A stretch of DNA of 60,249 nucleotides, counting the filler, from Basidiobolus ranarum (Eukaryota), in NCBI GenBank assembly GCA_040143965.1. It is 3 parts of 3 records of this genome, joined end to end, with 100 filler letters (N's around TTAATTAATTAA, not from the genome) between each part and the next. Parts side by side here need not be neighbours in the genome. Positions count along the whole stretch, not along the records: positions 1 to 20,069 come from JASJQH010000235.1; positions 20,170 to 40,227 come from JASJQH010000236.1; 1 more part is not named here. One strand, given 5' to 3'. Below are positions 13,042 to 26,806 of the stretch, one piece after another. Every line of letters starts with the position of its first letter. Within the stretch, counting starts at the first letter, position 1. Below the pieces are notes generated by a model. The model was not told the DNA's origin. It saw only the letters and a list, made by a program, of their open reading frames with translations, and searched no databases. Made by a program: the position numbers and the translations under genes.

Positions 13042-13830
13042 GAGAATGAAGAGAGGTAATGAAGGATCAGAAATTCAGTGAATTGCCATCACAACGGAGT
13101 CAATAAGTTTTATTTAATTAGTACATCTCAGCCAGCAAATCAGAGTTATTTGACGAGGTCGATGTGACTTGATAAAAGCTGTAATTTAATTTATCATAAC
13201 AAATTAAACCATTGCTGATACAGAGTGGTAGACTTACAACTCAGTTTCACAATGAACTTGGAGAGCTCCATTTAAATCTTCGTGTTCCCCCCGATTCTTC
13301 TGTGACTAATTGGATTGGGACAGAGATGCACTCTTCTTGGCCTGAATAGATTGTCTTAATGAAAGCCAGTGACACCTCCAAGCCTACACCTATCAACCAC
13401 TAGATATTGGTGAATACGGCACAGGTTCAGTTCCATCAGACTAGCTCCTCCCAAGTGATCCTGATCGGAATGTATCCAGAATGACTCAACACATGATGTG
13501 CATAAGGTAACAATAGTTTTGATCTTGCTGTACATGAATTCATGGTTGTTTGTCTAGTATTGTCCGCAGTATTGCAAGCAATCATAAGGATTGATAGATT
13601 TTAATGAGCTTCACATGAATCAAAGTGGTTCTTACTATTCCCTGGATTCTCTCCAAGAGCAACATTAAGAGAGCGTTGGTGTCGAACCAAGGATCTTGGT
13701 AACCTGAGTGAATACAAGACAATCCTGTTGGAGATTCATAGAATACCACTAGGTTGAATACAATCATATACTGTTTATTTCTAAATACAGTTCACAAATG
13801 GCCTACAAGTGTGAAATAATAGAGTTCATG

Positions 13831-15932
13831 CTATATGCAAAGCTGCGCTAAGGAATCCGCTATATCCGTTGTAAATTCCATGATGCAACTATTAAACCTG
13901 TGAAAATTATCATTAATAAACCTAAATTGGGCCAGGTCGAATACTAGTAGCTATGGATGGAACTTACCCAAAAACATCATCAACAACTCCAACATATAGA
14001 GAGTCTGACTGGTTCTCTGGGAAGCTAACACCCGCTATCTCCCCAAAAAAGTCTATTACTTGAGAGCGATCTAATGAATGTGCATCCAGGATGTGAATAA
14101 AATCTGCTGGTTCTAAAATATAATGGAACTAAGTATTCTTTCAACTACACTTCTAATAAAGCTGTAATCTGAATACCCGCTATCACCAAGAATCGGCCAT
14201 CTGGTGAAAATCGTAAAGACCTGACTGCCGCCATTTGAGTCTCGAAGACTGCAAAAGATTTTGAAAAGTATCTGGAATCGTACAATCTAGTTGCTTTTGT
14301 TAGGGTAATGAAAGCCAATCATTCAAAATCCATGATTCTGTACCTTGTTGTCATGTCTAAAAAGATGTGGAAGCCAATATTAAAATCCACTTTTGGTAGG
14401 ATTACTTGTATATCTAAAACTGAACTAACCTTGATTTCCGGTAGCCAAAATCCGACTATCAGGACTCCAGCAGGTAGCAAAAGAATAGTCGATATGACCT
14501 GGCAGTGTGTGAATAACTTGTAGACGTATCGTTCATCAATATATCAATCAGTATGGGGTATTGGTACAAGGCAAACTTTACCTTCCCCAGTTTCAGCATT
14601 CAAGACTGAACAGTCCGTATGATCCCCAACTACAGAAATCAATCTCCCATCAGGACTCACGGAAGCACACTAAGTAAAATCATTATAAGGATGAGACAGG
14701 CTAATTTAAAGAGATAATTCAGCTTGGGAGCAGTACATTAACCGGCCATTCGAATTCAAAGGTATTTGTTATCTGAAAGGTCTCCAGATCCATCGTGCGA
14801 ATGCATCGATCATTGCTAGATATAATGGCCTGTAGAGCTATACATATTGTGGTTAAATATAGACAGATGGATGCGTTTCTCACTTCAATTGAAAATCAAC
14901 TAACCACCACTACGTGACTGGGATATGTCCAAATGGTTGATAATTCCATTTGGGTTTTGGGCTACTATACCGGAATGAAAACTGCCGCTGCCACTAGTAT
15001 TTTTGCAAAGAATCTCTCCATCGAACCCTGTAACGGATATCAATAAAGCTGACTCTATTCAGCCATGAAGTTAAAAATACTCATTTACCTCCTACGAGGA
15101 TAAGATCTTCTTTGCAAATTAAGCTACTTGCTCGAAAATGGGTCTGGCATGAGTGCTCTTTAAAGTTGAGAACAGTTTGCGAAGTCCTGCAAATTGGAGA
15201 CCAGTGTTCAATCCCGGAATGTGCTGTGGTTTCCATTGTAGAAAATATTAGCGTCATAATGATAAAAAGAATGATTGTTCCGAAGCATTACATGTATAAT
15301 AGATATCATTTTTACTGGTTGCCCATAGTAAATTTCTTAACTGTAAATGGGTAATGGAGCAAGTATCTCTTAGAGAGGCATAATTAAATTGAAAGAAATT
15401 TCCATCGGTTCGCATAGGTGATAATTCCTGTTGATTTTTAAGCATTAGTGATTATTAGTGAATTCAACTATGATAGGAGCGAATACCTTCAAAATGGTTT
15501 CCCGCGTGGTAGAAAGACTACGATAATTAAAATATTCTTCAAGTCTAATTGATACTCTTAAGTTTTGTTTTAAAGATAAGGAATGGTTATAGGGATATAT
15601 TCAAACCTTTGGGAACGGAGTTTTTCCCGGTTAGCCTGGAAAAAATCCCACGATATTCCTTGCTAATAACAGTCATTGTTGAGTCTAAATGTGGTTGAAA
15701 GTGTACATTGTCTACTTACCATATCAATCCCATCGTTATGGTCGTCGGCAGTTACCTCCATCTACAGAAATGAATATTAATCCAGGATCAAGTTCTGAAA
15801 GATTTACCACCGACTAACCTTCGAGAAAACATGATCTGGAGGAGTTCGACCCTCTAAAAGAGAAAAGAGATAAATATTTGAATGAATAAACATCAAGCAA
15901 GGTAATGAACCTTTCAGATAATGTTCGTTCAT
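13831..15932 (-). CDS. WD40-repeat protein of the DUF2415 family (many short exons)
   Basis: Manual splicing gives DMQGISW, HLQLRNLLWATSKNDIYY, GGFDGEI, SSNDRCIR, WPVNCASVSPDG, GHIDYSFATCWSPD, ATGNQDMTTRLYD, MAAVRSLRFSPDGRFLVIAEPADFIHI and QVIDFFGEIAGVSF. The 5' end is less certain. Confidence 0.85.
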
Positions 15933-17376
15933 AAGCTCAAGCACGGTTGAGGTTTGGTAGAAATGCGCAAGGTTCATGTGTAAAGGCTTTCGAGGTGATA
16001 TTGGCTTGAATATAGATTGACAAATTTGAACGCTTTATTTGACTGCTAATGGTAGAATTGACAAATGGTCGTGTATATCGACCAATTTATGGAGCAACTA
16101 CTGACAACTAGCAGTTGGCCATAATCGAAGTGAGGGAAATATTCCAGATGATCTAGAAACAACGTCAGATTTGACTACTAAACTTCATTACATTAATTAG
16201 TCCTCACAGCTTGACACATAAGATGGAACGTTCAATACAATTTAGGTTTCATCCATGCCAAGCGTATCATCCAATGGACTGTCACAGAATGAGATAGTGG
16301 CCACTTTTGTAACCTGCGCCGCATTTCTATTCATTATTTATTCATATCTCATACGTTCTGAAACAATTGCTTCAAGCAAAAAATAAAGATTTTCAAGATA
16401 TGGCATTGGATTTACCCGTCGCCGGTGACTCCGTTTTGCTAGATTCAGAGTGATGACTCACCTATTGTAGTTTGGCGAATTGGTGGTAGTATCTTACAGC
16501 CTCGAAAGTACGCGTAGAGGATCCCTGGTGGTGGCGAACTCTAGGTCCAATGTCTCAATATTTGGCAGTTCTGGATATCAGAGAAACCCAAGCAACAGCG
16601 ATCTAGCTCAGTGTAGTGTCGGAACTGCTCGCTGCCAATCCTGACTTGGGAGATTCGTTTAGCAGCATCCACTGAAAATCTGTTGGTATCTTAAAAGCTC
16701 CAAGCGCCCGGTATTTGCCAAAAATGCTCAGTTCGGCACCAGCCTCGACAATGAGGATGATTCAACGCTGAACAGATTAATTCTAAAATAGACCATTATT
16801 TAATAATATGAAGATTACCGGAATACTATATTCCCAAACAATCTACATCTGGTGCAATCAGATTGTGGTACTTGGACTGCTAAATGTGAGAGTTGCGAGT
16901 TGCGCCTCCTCACTGCTGTACCTTTAGCACCCACAAAAGAAACCGTTCTGTCAAAACTTTATAACATTGACTCACCAATGTGAGCAGCATGTGGTATATG
17001 GTCGTGTATGACACAAGAGTAACGCTTGCTTACGAATCGCTCACATGATGAGCACCTTTGCTGAGGCTTAGATTAATCTCGATTTTTGTATTGCATTGGT
17101 TACGACCGATCTGGCCTTGGTGCTCCAGTGAAATCATCCATTGATTATCAATCTCCCAAACTCTGGCATTTCACTGTTAGAGTTGAAGAGCTTACGATGC
17201 CAAATTTAATAACTAGCTGTATGACCAACACGACTTGACTACTACAAGTTCACCTTGACGCTGGATTGGATTTCTTCTAGAGCAATGCCAGCTGGATTCC
17301 AACAGAACGAAATTAGATGTGAAGTTTATTTAAATGCAAATGTGTATACAGATTCATGGTAAAAAGAAAATCAATA

Positions 17377-18224
17377 TTAAGCGTATTGAGGATCACTTTT
17401 GAAAAGCCCAGGAATTTTCTCGATAACCTCTTGTCCCAAGTTCCAGGCAGTAGCAAGAGCTGCACACATACCTCCAGATATCCCAGCTGCACGAAGTCCA
17501 GCTAAAAATATTGAATGTTAGCATTATGGTCAAGCACTCTTTTTCAATTTATCATTCAAACCTGTTGATTTAAAGATGGCACCAGAAATAGCGGCGGCAC
17601 CGATACTGTTGAACATATCATGCTTCCCTCTAGCAGCACCGATAGAGCTATTAAAGGTATTGTACATCATGGCTAAAATTGGTAACACTTAGAGGAATTC
17701 TATATAAGGGCGAACAACGAGGCTATCTTACCAATAACTCCAAGTGAATTGCCCACGAAAGGTCCGCGTCGAGTACAGGAATTTAATACTGAATTTACAC
17801 GAAGCTTGAAGCTATTACCGTCTGGCTTCCTGAGACCCTCCATAAGACCCCAGGCACCACCAGCAGTGAGACCTTATAGAGAAAGGCTGATATGAATGAC
17901 TGCTTGGACATTTAGATAATATTCATTTGAAAACATACCGAATAAGTAACTTGTGCCGGTACCATAGCACAAGTCATCACTCCAACCTCTACTAGGTAAA
18001 GCGCCAGCAACGGGTTTTTGGCCAACATTTACGTTGGAGCCGGCCTGGTCGTCAAGAAACAAGTATTCAACACCTCCAAAGGCAGAAATTGGATGCAGCT
18101 TGTTAGAGTTGACATCCATGTTACCAAGGAAATCATTAACGTTTACAGAGTCTTGTTGAAATTCATTGCTGGTATAGGTTTGCTGAGGAAAAGCCTCTCC
18201 GTTATCTTCAGAAGTAAAAGACAT
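17377..18224 (-). CDS. TIM23: Mitochondrial inner membrane translocase subunit Tim23 (4 exons)
   Basis: LPSRGWSDDLCYGTGTSYL|GLTAGGAWGLMEG...KLRVNSVLNSCTRRGPFVGNSLGV...AAAISGAIFKST|AGLRAAG; TAA at 17379-17377. Confidence 0.95.
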
Positions 18225-20069
18225 GATATGTGTGTGGGTAGTACGTACAAGTAATAATATATATTGTGGAGGGGGGTGGACCAGCAATATATGAACCAAA
18301 TTGTGCAAAAAGAATCAACAGTTGCTCAGATTAATCATGAAAAATTTTCGCTCGGCAGAATAAGGGTTCTTGATTGGGCTTATCCAAGCGAAATCCTCAT
18401 AGTCGGCGTGGATAATCTACACAATAAAAAAATCCCTCGATAGATCCTACTGGATAGCAATCGGAGTAATTGTGATGTAATTGGTCTTTAAGCTTCTATT
18501 TGGTCAAGTGGGTGGTGAGTGACTGGTCAATTTATCTTGCGGTAACCTTAAGTCAGCAGCGATTCTCAGTATGTATTAACTCTGATATTCATTTATTTCA
18601 AAGCAAGTACGATCCTGTTTCGCGGCCAATATAGCAGAGCACTTGATGACTATTGGATGATCAAGATTCATCCCCTCGCTTCATTAGTTGACATAGTAGG
18701 CCAATATGTGATCCTGTTCTACTGAAAACTAGAACAATCGCAGTTTTGGCTTTATGCTTCCTTCTGAATCAGGGGCAAATGAGAGAGTGATTGAGTCGAC
18801 GTAATCGAGGCAGCTATTCTGCAGCCTTCTCATAGTCTACGTACGCAGACACAATAGTAGCCTTGATCACAGTCACATTTTGTAGCCTTCGAATGCCACG
18901 GAATACCTTATTTTAGCTGAACAATCAGTTTGACCACAAACCAGAACAAAGTCACTGAAACGAGCTTCCGAAGATTATGTATGCTTGGGTGTTTGGGGCT
19001 CGGGATTTTAAGATTTATAAATATATTTATAAATACGATAACTATATCTGCTGATTAGATAATCAATCCAACATGGTTATCCCCGCTTTTCTATTTGATT
19101 TGGAATGGAATAGGCTAAACAATTCTAACCCTAATCCTAGCCCTCATCCATAGCTCTGTGGATTGGTGGGTAGATGCCCCACTCCATTTCATTAACTCTA
19201 CACGGAATTCAAATCACAAGCCCACCACACGTTGTAGGGTGTATAACCTCAACCAAATCAAGGATAAGGTATTCTAAGAGAATGCCGGATTCTTAGTCCG
19301 CAGATAATGTGCCACCAGTAAAATATTGACGCTCATTGACCTAGCTAACATGTTAACATCGCAACCATGCAACCATGTTGACTGATATTTCAAATAAATG
19401 ACCAGTAAATTTGACAAGTAGAATTGATATGCAACAGCATGAACTCTCAAATGGCTGGTGAACCTTAGGGAGAATAGATCAAGCATAGGGTTGTTGACAA
19501 GCAGGTTTTTGGTATCTGCCTTATACTTGGATGAAATTCATCATTATTTGTTCTGGCTTCCCTAACAGCAATTTGAGGATGGTTATCATCAGAAAACCAT
19601 CACAATTTTGATCCATTTTGGGCTGACTGTTTACTTACCATCATAAAATTGTCAAGTTAGATACAATTTTAATCAATTTATTCAACTTCAGGAGTGAAAT
19701 TTAAAGATTTTGCAAAATAGTTGCACAAGATTGGCTACAATATCAGAAAACTATGAATCAACACATATGTAAAAATATAACCCAAATTTTACACATTTAC
19801 CACTTGACACTAATTTGTCACCTTCAAAACCCCTAGTTTCTTTGATATATTCTCCTGAATATTGTCAACAAGTACTTCATATCCAAGGTTTAGCTCATAT
19901 CCAACATAAGTTTGTATCAGTATCTCCATCAAAGCTCACCATTGCATTAGTGTTGAACCTGTTGGAGGATCTTGACATAATGGGGGTAGACTTTGAGTAT
20001 TAGAAGCAACTTATGATAGTGTGTTTTAGTTAGTTTATTCTTGAGAGTATATGGTGACTTATATAGTAG

Positions 20070-20169
20070 NNNNNNNNNNNNNNNNNNNNNNNNNNNNNNN
20101 NNNNNNNNNNNNNTTAATTAATTAANNNNNNNNNNNNNNNNNNNNNNNNNNNNNNNNNNNNNNNNNNNN
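20070..20169. other. Artificial contig-join linker (N44-TTAATTAATTAA-N44)
   Basis: Exactly 100 nt with a palindromic all-frame stop core; identical copy at 40228-40327; a gene is cut at the boundary. Confidence 0.95.
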
Positions 20170-21726
20170 ATGACAAGATCCCCATTATGACAGGCCACAC
20201 CACTATGCTCAGCGATGTAGAAAAGATCGGTTCTTCCACCTTTGAATTCAACAACATACAATGGCCCTTGGCTGGGCAAGGTATTAAGGGAGATTCCCTT
20301 ACCAAGTTCAGAGTAAGAGCGTTGGCGAGTGTCATCGCTTTCAAAGTATTGATCCATCTCATTGGTAGTATGTCCTAATGATCCACGGCGGATAGGGCCA
20401 TCAATTTGAATAGACTCCAATGCTTCAGAGAGAAATCTATCAGTTTGGTTCTTATTCGCATAAGCAGGACCGGGAGCAGCAACTGAATGGCGCCTGTGAT
20501 TCATACTTTGCTCGAGCTCTATATTAGATCTTTTCAGAAAAAGCTAGGTATGAGCAAAAAGCTGGATGAAGAATTAGAAATGAGAGAAATGCAAACCTAT
20601 TATTATTCATTTGTATTTCTTGTAAACGATTGGAGTACTGTACTTCTGGGAAGGATGGGGATGGAGCGAGAGAGTATCTCCTATGCTGGCGCAGTCTTTC
20701 TAATCTTTCTGCGTTAAGTGCTTGAGCGTAAGCCCCGACTCCGGTAGAGGCTGGATCAGTAGCAATATTATCATTCCACACATTACTGAATCCCACAGGA
20801 TTTGCAATAGAACGTCTACGGTTAACTATAGCGGGATCATTCATAACCGGTTGGTTACCCCAAAGAGGATGAAGACTAGGGATAGTATCGTTGCTCTTAT
20901 TTTCGAATCCAGGAGGAACCGGAACAGCATCAAAGTTATTTTGTGGGGGAAAGTGATAGGTACCGAAAGATGATTTGGAACGAAAACGGGGTTTAAAGAT
21001 ATTCTCGTACTCCTCGTCGGTTAACTCTTCTCCAAGAGCTCCTAAAGCCTGGCGGTGTCTTTCTTTATCGTCCAGATCTTCAAGAAAATCAGTACCATGT
21101 TGACCATATGCAATAGAAAAACTACGCTGCTGTCGATAGTGGGGAATCGATTCCTCAATGATTGGCAACGTTTGTCGAGTAATTGACTGACTGATTCCTG
21201 AAAACCCATCAGCAGCGTACATACTAGACTTGTTAGGTGAAGATGTTCGGCCAATATTTGGATCACTCCAAATATTTTGATTATTCCAAGATACCCCTAA
21301 GCCACCCCAATTTCCACCGGAAGGTACAGAACTAGATTCCATCTTTGGTGGAATTGAAATACCACGCAAACTGCCATCCAAATCACTACCCGCATAGTTG
21401 TTAACATTCGGAGTGGGTGATTTGTTTACTAATCGAAAGTCGGAATTGTCATTAAAGGTGTCACACGAAAATCCGGGATTAGCAGTAGGGCTTCCAACAG
21501 CCTTCCAGTTAGGTATAGGCGAAACACTGGATCGGACTGGGATCGGACTGGGTGTACTAGATAAATTTCGTCCGTCGGAAGCTCCCAGGTCTATAGCAAG
21601 GGGTACGCCGGGGGTGATATCCGCCGGGGCAGAAGAACGAGAAACATTAGACTAGTCAAAGAAGCTGGTATTTAGATATGCAAGTAGTGAACAAGAACCA
21701 AATGAATAGTTTACCTCAGACTGCAT
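20170..21726 (-). CDS. PSP1 C-terminal-domain protein, 3'-truncated at the contig end
   Basis: MQSE|SNVSRSS... long low-complexity region followed by PLYVVEFKGGRTDLFY...NGDLVI, the start of the fungal Psp1 conserved region. A putative 5'UTR intron lies at 21730-21818. Confidence 0.8.
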
Positions 21727-23598
21727 CTTCTATAAAAAATTGGATGTATGAATGAAAGGAATTCCATTCGTCAGTAGGACGAACCTCTTAAAAATATTAA
21801 AACCAAGGGAAAACTTACCTGAATTGACAAGTTAAATGAAAGCAGTCGATAGTAGCAATATCACAAGAATGTTCTGATATACGTATTGAAGCGCTGCCTC
21901 ACTCTACAGTGGAAACGACTACAGATAACTGCAACGATTTAAATTCTATTGCTCGCTGGTCTCGAGAATATAGATACTCTATTATAGGAAACTGTTTCTA
22001 AAACTAAGTATGTTTATAATTTTTAAGAAGGGTAGCTTTAGTAGTTAAACAGGGCTGTATGAAGATAAAAAAGAGGAAGTGTACAAAAATCAATCCTTTC
22101 ATAAAGCAGGTATTTACGGAATATAAGAAAACAGACTGAAATGAAATGGTATTATATTCGGGTGAGAAATTCAGTACCTTGGAATCAGAACCAGAAAGCG
22201 TAGTTTTATGAGTGATGCTGTACGATGTGGAATACAACTTTAAATGAGAATATAAGAAATAAACAAAGTAGAAAGTCAAAGTAGAGAGAGCACACAAGAG
22301 AACCTAGCCAGGTTCAACCAAGAAATAGAAGCACTCAAATACAGTAGGATAGTATAATCATATTAAGTTCGAATTTTAATGCAAAGAGCAAACGGAACTC
22401 AGGCTGATTGATTTCGAAATGATGGATTACTCATTCGACGAATAGAGTATCACTGCTTTTACGAATCAATAACCACACGATTCACAGATCAGATTTAGCA
22501 ATATTTCTACTGATTAATAGAGCCTGTGTGGAAATACAGTGAGAAACATGGGGAAATAAGATCGGGTTCGGCAAATTTCAAACTAGACAGCATCCAAAGG
22601 TGAGCTTGTAATACTTCATATGTCACAATGAAACGCTAGAATTTCTTTAGAAAAGCACCTGATGAATCATAGAGTTTTACATCGCTCATATCAAGAAGTG
22701 ATGCCCATCATTCATTCCAAGTTTCGTTGGGGAACCAAGGCCATAACCAATTAAATTAGACCATGCTACAGGCCCTGTTTACGTCGATTGCGGAGCCAGG
22801 CTGAATGCTGATTTACAGATATCGAGGGCTAAAATCTACTGACTCCTTCAGGAGCCAACGTATTATTGGAGATATTTTGAGACCTGATTTATCACGCAGG
22901 TGATGTATCTTTTCGACCTGCATACTTGTAGGGAATGTGCACAGTTGGCAAACATAATCTCAGAGTACTCCACTAGAGTACAGCATTTCATTACTACTAG
23001 GGCTTCTAGTTCTGCTATATAGAGTCTAAGTGTGCCCCTGTGGGAGTGAACTAGTGACAAGGTGAAATCAAAATAGAACAAGCTTCGTAGCTTTATTTAA
23101 ACGGTGATGCTTCAGAAAACATCGAAAACTTCATTTGTGATTGTGGCACTGAGACTCTATATCGTTGCCTACAATTACTATGCTACTCTCGCTCTGCATC
23201 AGCGCTTCTGGTTGATACTCTTGGACCAAGTACTTACTAGCTATCTTTCGTATGAGTGGAGTAATCAAACATCAGCAAAGAGGTTAAGGCAATGCAGGGT
23301 GGAATCAAATCAGTGGATTTCATACTGCGCCACGTCACGATTGTTTATTTAGATTGTGATTCTATTAGGACAACAGCACCTATGCAGTAGGAATTTGGTT
23401 GGTGAAATACAGAAAAAGATGTATTTGTTTTGAAATCAAAAATTTCTAATCAAATTAAGTGATTCATTTTCGGCTGTGTGGTTAAGTGACGAATATTTGT
23501 TTCGAAGCTTGTCCAGCACAAGGAAAAAAAGGACTCCCTACTTCACAATCTTATTCTTCATATATCATCTTTAAAGTGATTTGAATATCCTAGTTAGA

Positions 23599-26500
23599 AT
23601 GGATATTCGTAACTTCTTTGGAAAGTCGGATGCTTCAAAATCCAAAGCACCTCCTAAAGTCAAGGTAACCAATATTTTGGTTTCACTCCCAAATTTTGAC
23701 CATGTTTGTTTACGCTTATGTTTGTAACAGAAAACCTCCCCTGAAAAACCTCAACCTAAGAAGAAAGTTGTAAAGAAAGAAGATAAAAAAGACGAAAACG
23801 ATACAGACGATAATTTTCAGGAGCCACAGTTTAGTACTAAGCCAGTTCGAAGAAGTACAAGAGCTACCCGTTCTACTACCAGTAAGCCACTCACTACCTC
23901 CGTTGAAACTCCCAAACGGTATTTCTATTTTATCTGCTGATTGAAGTGACATATCTAACCATTAGCCCATTTGCAGCTCTGTCGCAAGTAAGGATACCCC
24001 TGAAAAGCCCTCCCCTGATGTCACCACTCCTACGAAAACAACCCGCAGCACTCGGGCTGCCACCAAAAAGGAATCTCCTGAAATAGTCAAGGACACTCGT
24101 TCTACTAAAAGTACTCGGACCCCGATATCTCCCGAGAGCAAGGTAAATTCCTATCACACGCTAGCAGGCTATCATCTTACTGATTTTTCTTTGATAGACA
24201 AGGACCAGGAAGAGAAATATTGTGATTGAATCTGACGAAGATGAAGTCGAAGATAATGATGATGGAGATTATCAGATGACGGAGGAGAAAGATGATATTG
24301 AGGATATTGATGACATAGATGCTCCTGAAGAAATTGAAGAGGACGAGGTAAAGATCCCAACCAAAACTCGTACTAAAGCTGCTGCTGCTACTCCTAGTAA
24401 TAGGAAACGCAAGGCCGTAGCTGTCATAGAATCTCCAAAGGAGCAAGAAGCTGCTGCCTCTCGCAAAAAAACAAAGCCATCTATCAAAGAAGAGAAGCCC
24501 GAACCCAAGGAGGTTGTAATGAAAGACAAATCCAAGGAAGTTGAGTTGGATGAGGAGAAAGCCGATGAGCAGCCCAAAAAGAAAACCAACTTCTGGGCTT
24601 ATAAAAATAAGGCTGGTCCCAAAGCCCCAGGATCAAAAGAAATTCCCGAGGGAGCCGAAAACTGTTTGTTAGGTCTCACCTTTGTTTTCACAGGTGAACT
24701 TTCATCCATTTCTCGTGAAGAAAGTGCTGATTTGGTAAAGCGACATGGCGGTAGAGTCACGGGTGCTCCTAGCTCCAAGACATCTTATGTAGTCGTTGGT
24801 GACGAGCCTGGGGAATCTAAATTGAAGAAGATTAAACAATTCAAAATCAAGACTCTAGACGAAGATGGCTTATTTCAGCTAGTAAGAGATTTGCCTGGAC
24901 AGGGTAACGTCAGTATGAAAGATGCTGGCAAAGGTAAAAAAAGCGCTATCAAATTTGAGAAACTCCCAGATATTCCTACTACCATCAGCGATGCTAATGG
25001 TGTAGTCAAGCCTCTTTCACAACTATGGACCGATAAATACGCCCCTAAGGATCTCAAAGATCTTTGTGGAAACAAAACAAATATCCAGCGACTCTCTACA
25101 TGGCTTCGTGAATGGAAGCAATCCCGTAGAAACAAATTTACGGGCAAAGGGAAGGATAGTACTGCTAACTTCAGAGCTGTTTTGCTTTCGGGTCCGCCAG
25201 GCATTGGTAAGACCTCAGCTGCTCATCTGGTCAGTAAATCCGAGGGTTATCAAGTTTTGGAGTTTAATGCTAGTGATGCTAGAAGTAAGAAGAGTATTGA
25301 CTCTACTATTCGTGAACTAACCGGCAATAGGTCTATGACCGAATATTTTTCTTCTTCTGATCCCAAATCTGCCGATACCAGCAATCCTCAAGTTATCGTA
25401 ATGGATGAGGTTGATGGAATGTCCGCTGGTGATCGTGGTGGAGTTGCCGAGTTAATTCTAATCATCAAGAAAACCCAAGTGCCCATCATTTGCATCTGTA
25501 ATGACAGACAATCGCCTAAAGTACGCTCTCTTGCCAACCATTGCTTAGATCTGCGCTTCAGAAGGCCAGAGGCTGCCTCTATTCGTTCTCGTATCATGTC
25601 TATTGCCTATAAAGAAGGTCTTTCAATTCAAGGCAATGTAGTCGATCAATTAGTTACCATTGCACAATCAGACATTCGTCAGGTTCTCAACCTCATCTCT
25701 ACCTGGTCTTTATCCGAAAAATCCATGAGTTATGATGCCGGTAAACAGTATGCGAAGGCCGCAGAAAAACACATAAGCTATGGACCCTTTGAGATTGTTG
25801 GAAAGTACCTCAACGGCCAAAACTTCAACTCTACAAATCTTAATGAGAAGATTGAAATCTATTTCCATGATTTCTCTCTAGCTCCCTTAATGGTTCAAGA
25901 AAATTACATCAAGATGAACCCATCTTTAGCTAGAGAAGGCCGCATGACAGAAAAGCAAGTGATGGCCAGAACCTTGGACCTAATCAGCCAAGCTGCAGAT
26001 TCTATTTCCGATGGTGACCTTGTCGACTCGTTGATTCACGGTTCTCAGCAATGGGGATTGATGCCTGTACATGCTACGTTCTCATGTGTTCGACCTGCGT
26101 ATTTCACACATGGTGCTTCTCAGGGAATGTATCAATTTCCTGGCTGGCTCGGTCAGAACTCCAAGGCTGGCAAGTACTCCAGAATGCTGAAGGAACTTCA
26201 GATTCATATGAGAACCAAGATCTCTGGAGATAAAAATGAAGTTCGTATGGGCTACGTTCCTACTTTGGCTGCAGCATTGTCGCAGCCACTTGTAGATGAA
26301 GGGGCCGATGGGATCCCTTCTGTTATGGAGTTAATGGACGAATACTACCTTAACAAAGATGATTGGGATTCTCTGATTGATATGGGTGTTGGCTCTTTCA
26401 GTGGCGAGAAAATCTTATCGAAAATACCTACCAACGTAAAATCCAACTTTACCAGAACGTAAGTCTTGTGATGTAAGATACTCATTCCCGAAACTGTCGA

Positions 26501-26806
26501 CTTATTTCTCTTTTATTGCCTAGGTATAACAAGACATCTCACCCTACGCCGTTCCTTAAGGCTTCTGGAGTCAAGGCAGGTCGTGGAACGGCATCCGAGT
26601 CTGTTCCTGATTTGGAAGATGTTGTTGAGACAGAGGACGTGGTTGAGAAAGAATCTGAAGATGCTAGTGACGATGAAACCATTGAGGACGATAAACTAAT
26701 CAAACAAAAGAAAGCACCCGCCTCAAGAGCTAAAGCCACCTCTAAAGCCACTTCTAGCCGCGGTCGCGGACGAGGAAAGGCCACTACCTCGAGATCAAAG
26801 AAGTAA
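23599..26806 (+). CDS. RFC1: Replication factor C large subunit (5 exons)
   Basis: N-terminal MDIRNFFG, BRCT (CLLGLTFVFTGELSSISREE), LWTDKYAP, Walker A GPPGIGKT, EFNASDARS, MDEVDGMSAGDRGG and RFC1 C-terminal domain (WLGQNSK, YYLNKDDWD). Confidence 0.98.

Noticed and set aside
19013-19034. Perfect 22-nt palindrome atttataaatatatttataaat
   Set aside because: AT-only, low complexity and single copy; no supporting context.
20114-20125. TTAATTAATTAA palindrome as a biological site (also 40272-40283)
   Set aside because: Embedded symmetrically in N runs; an artificial all-frame stop spacer.
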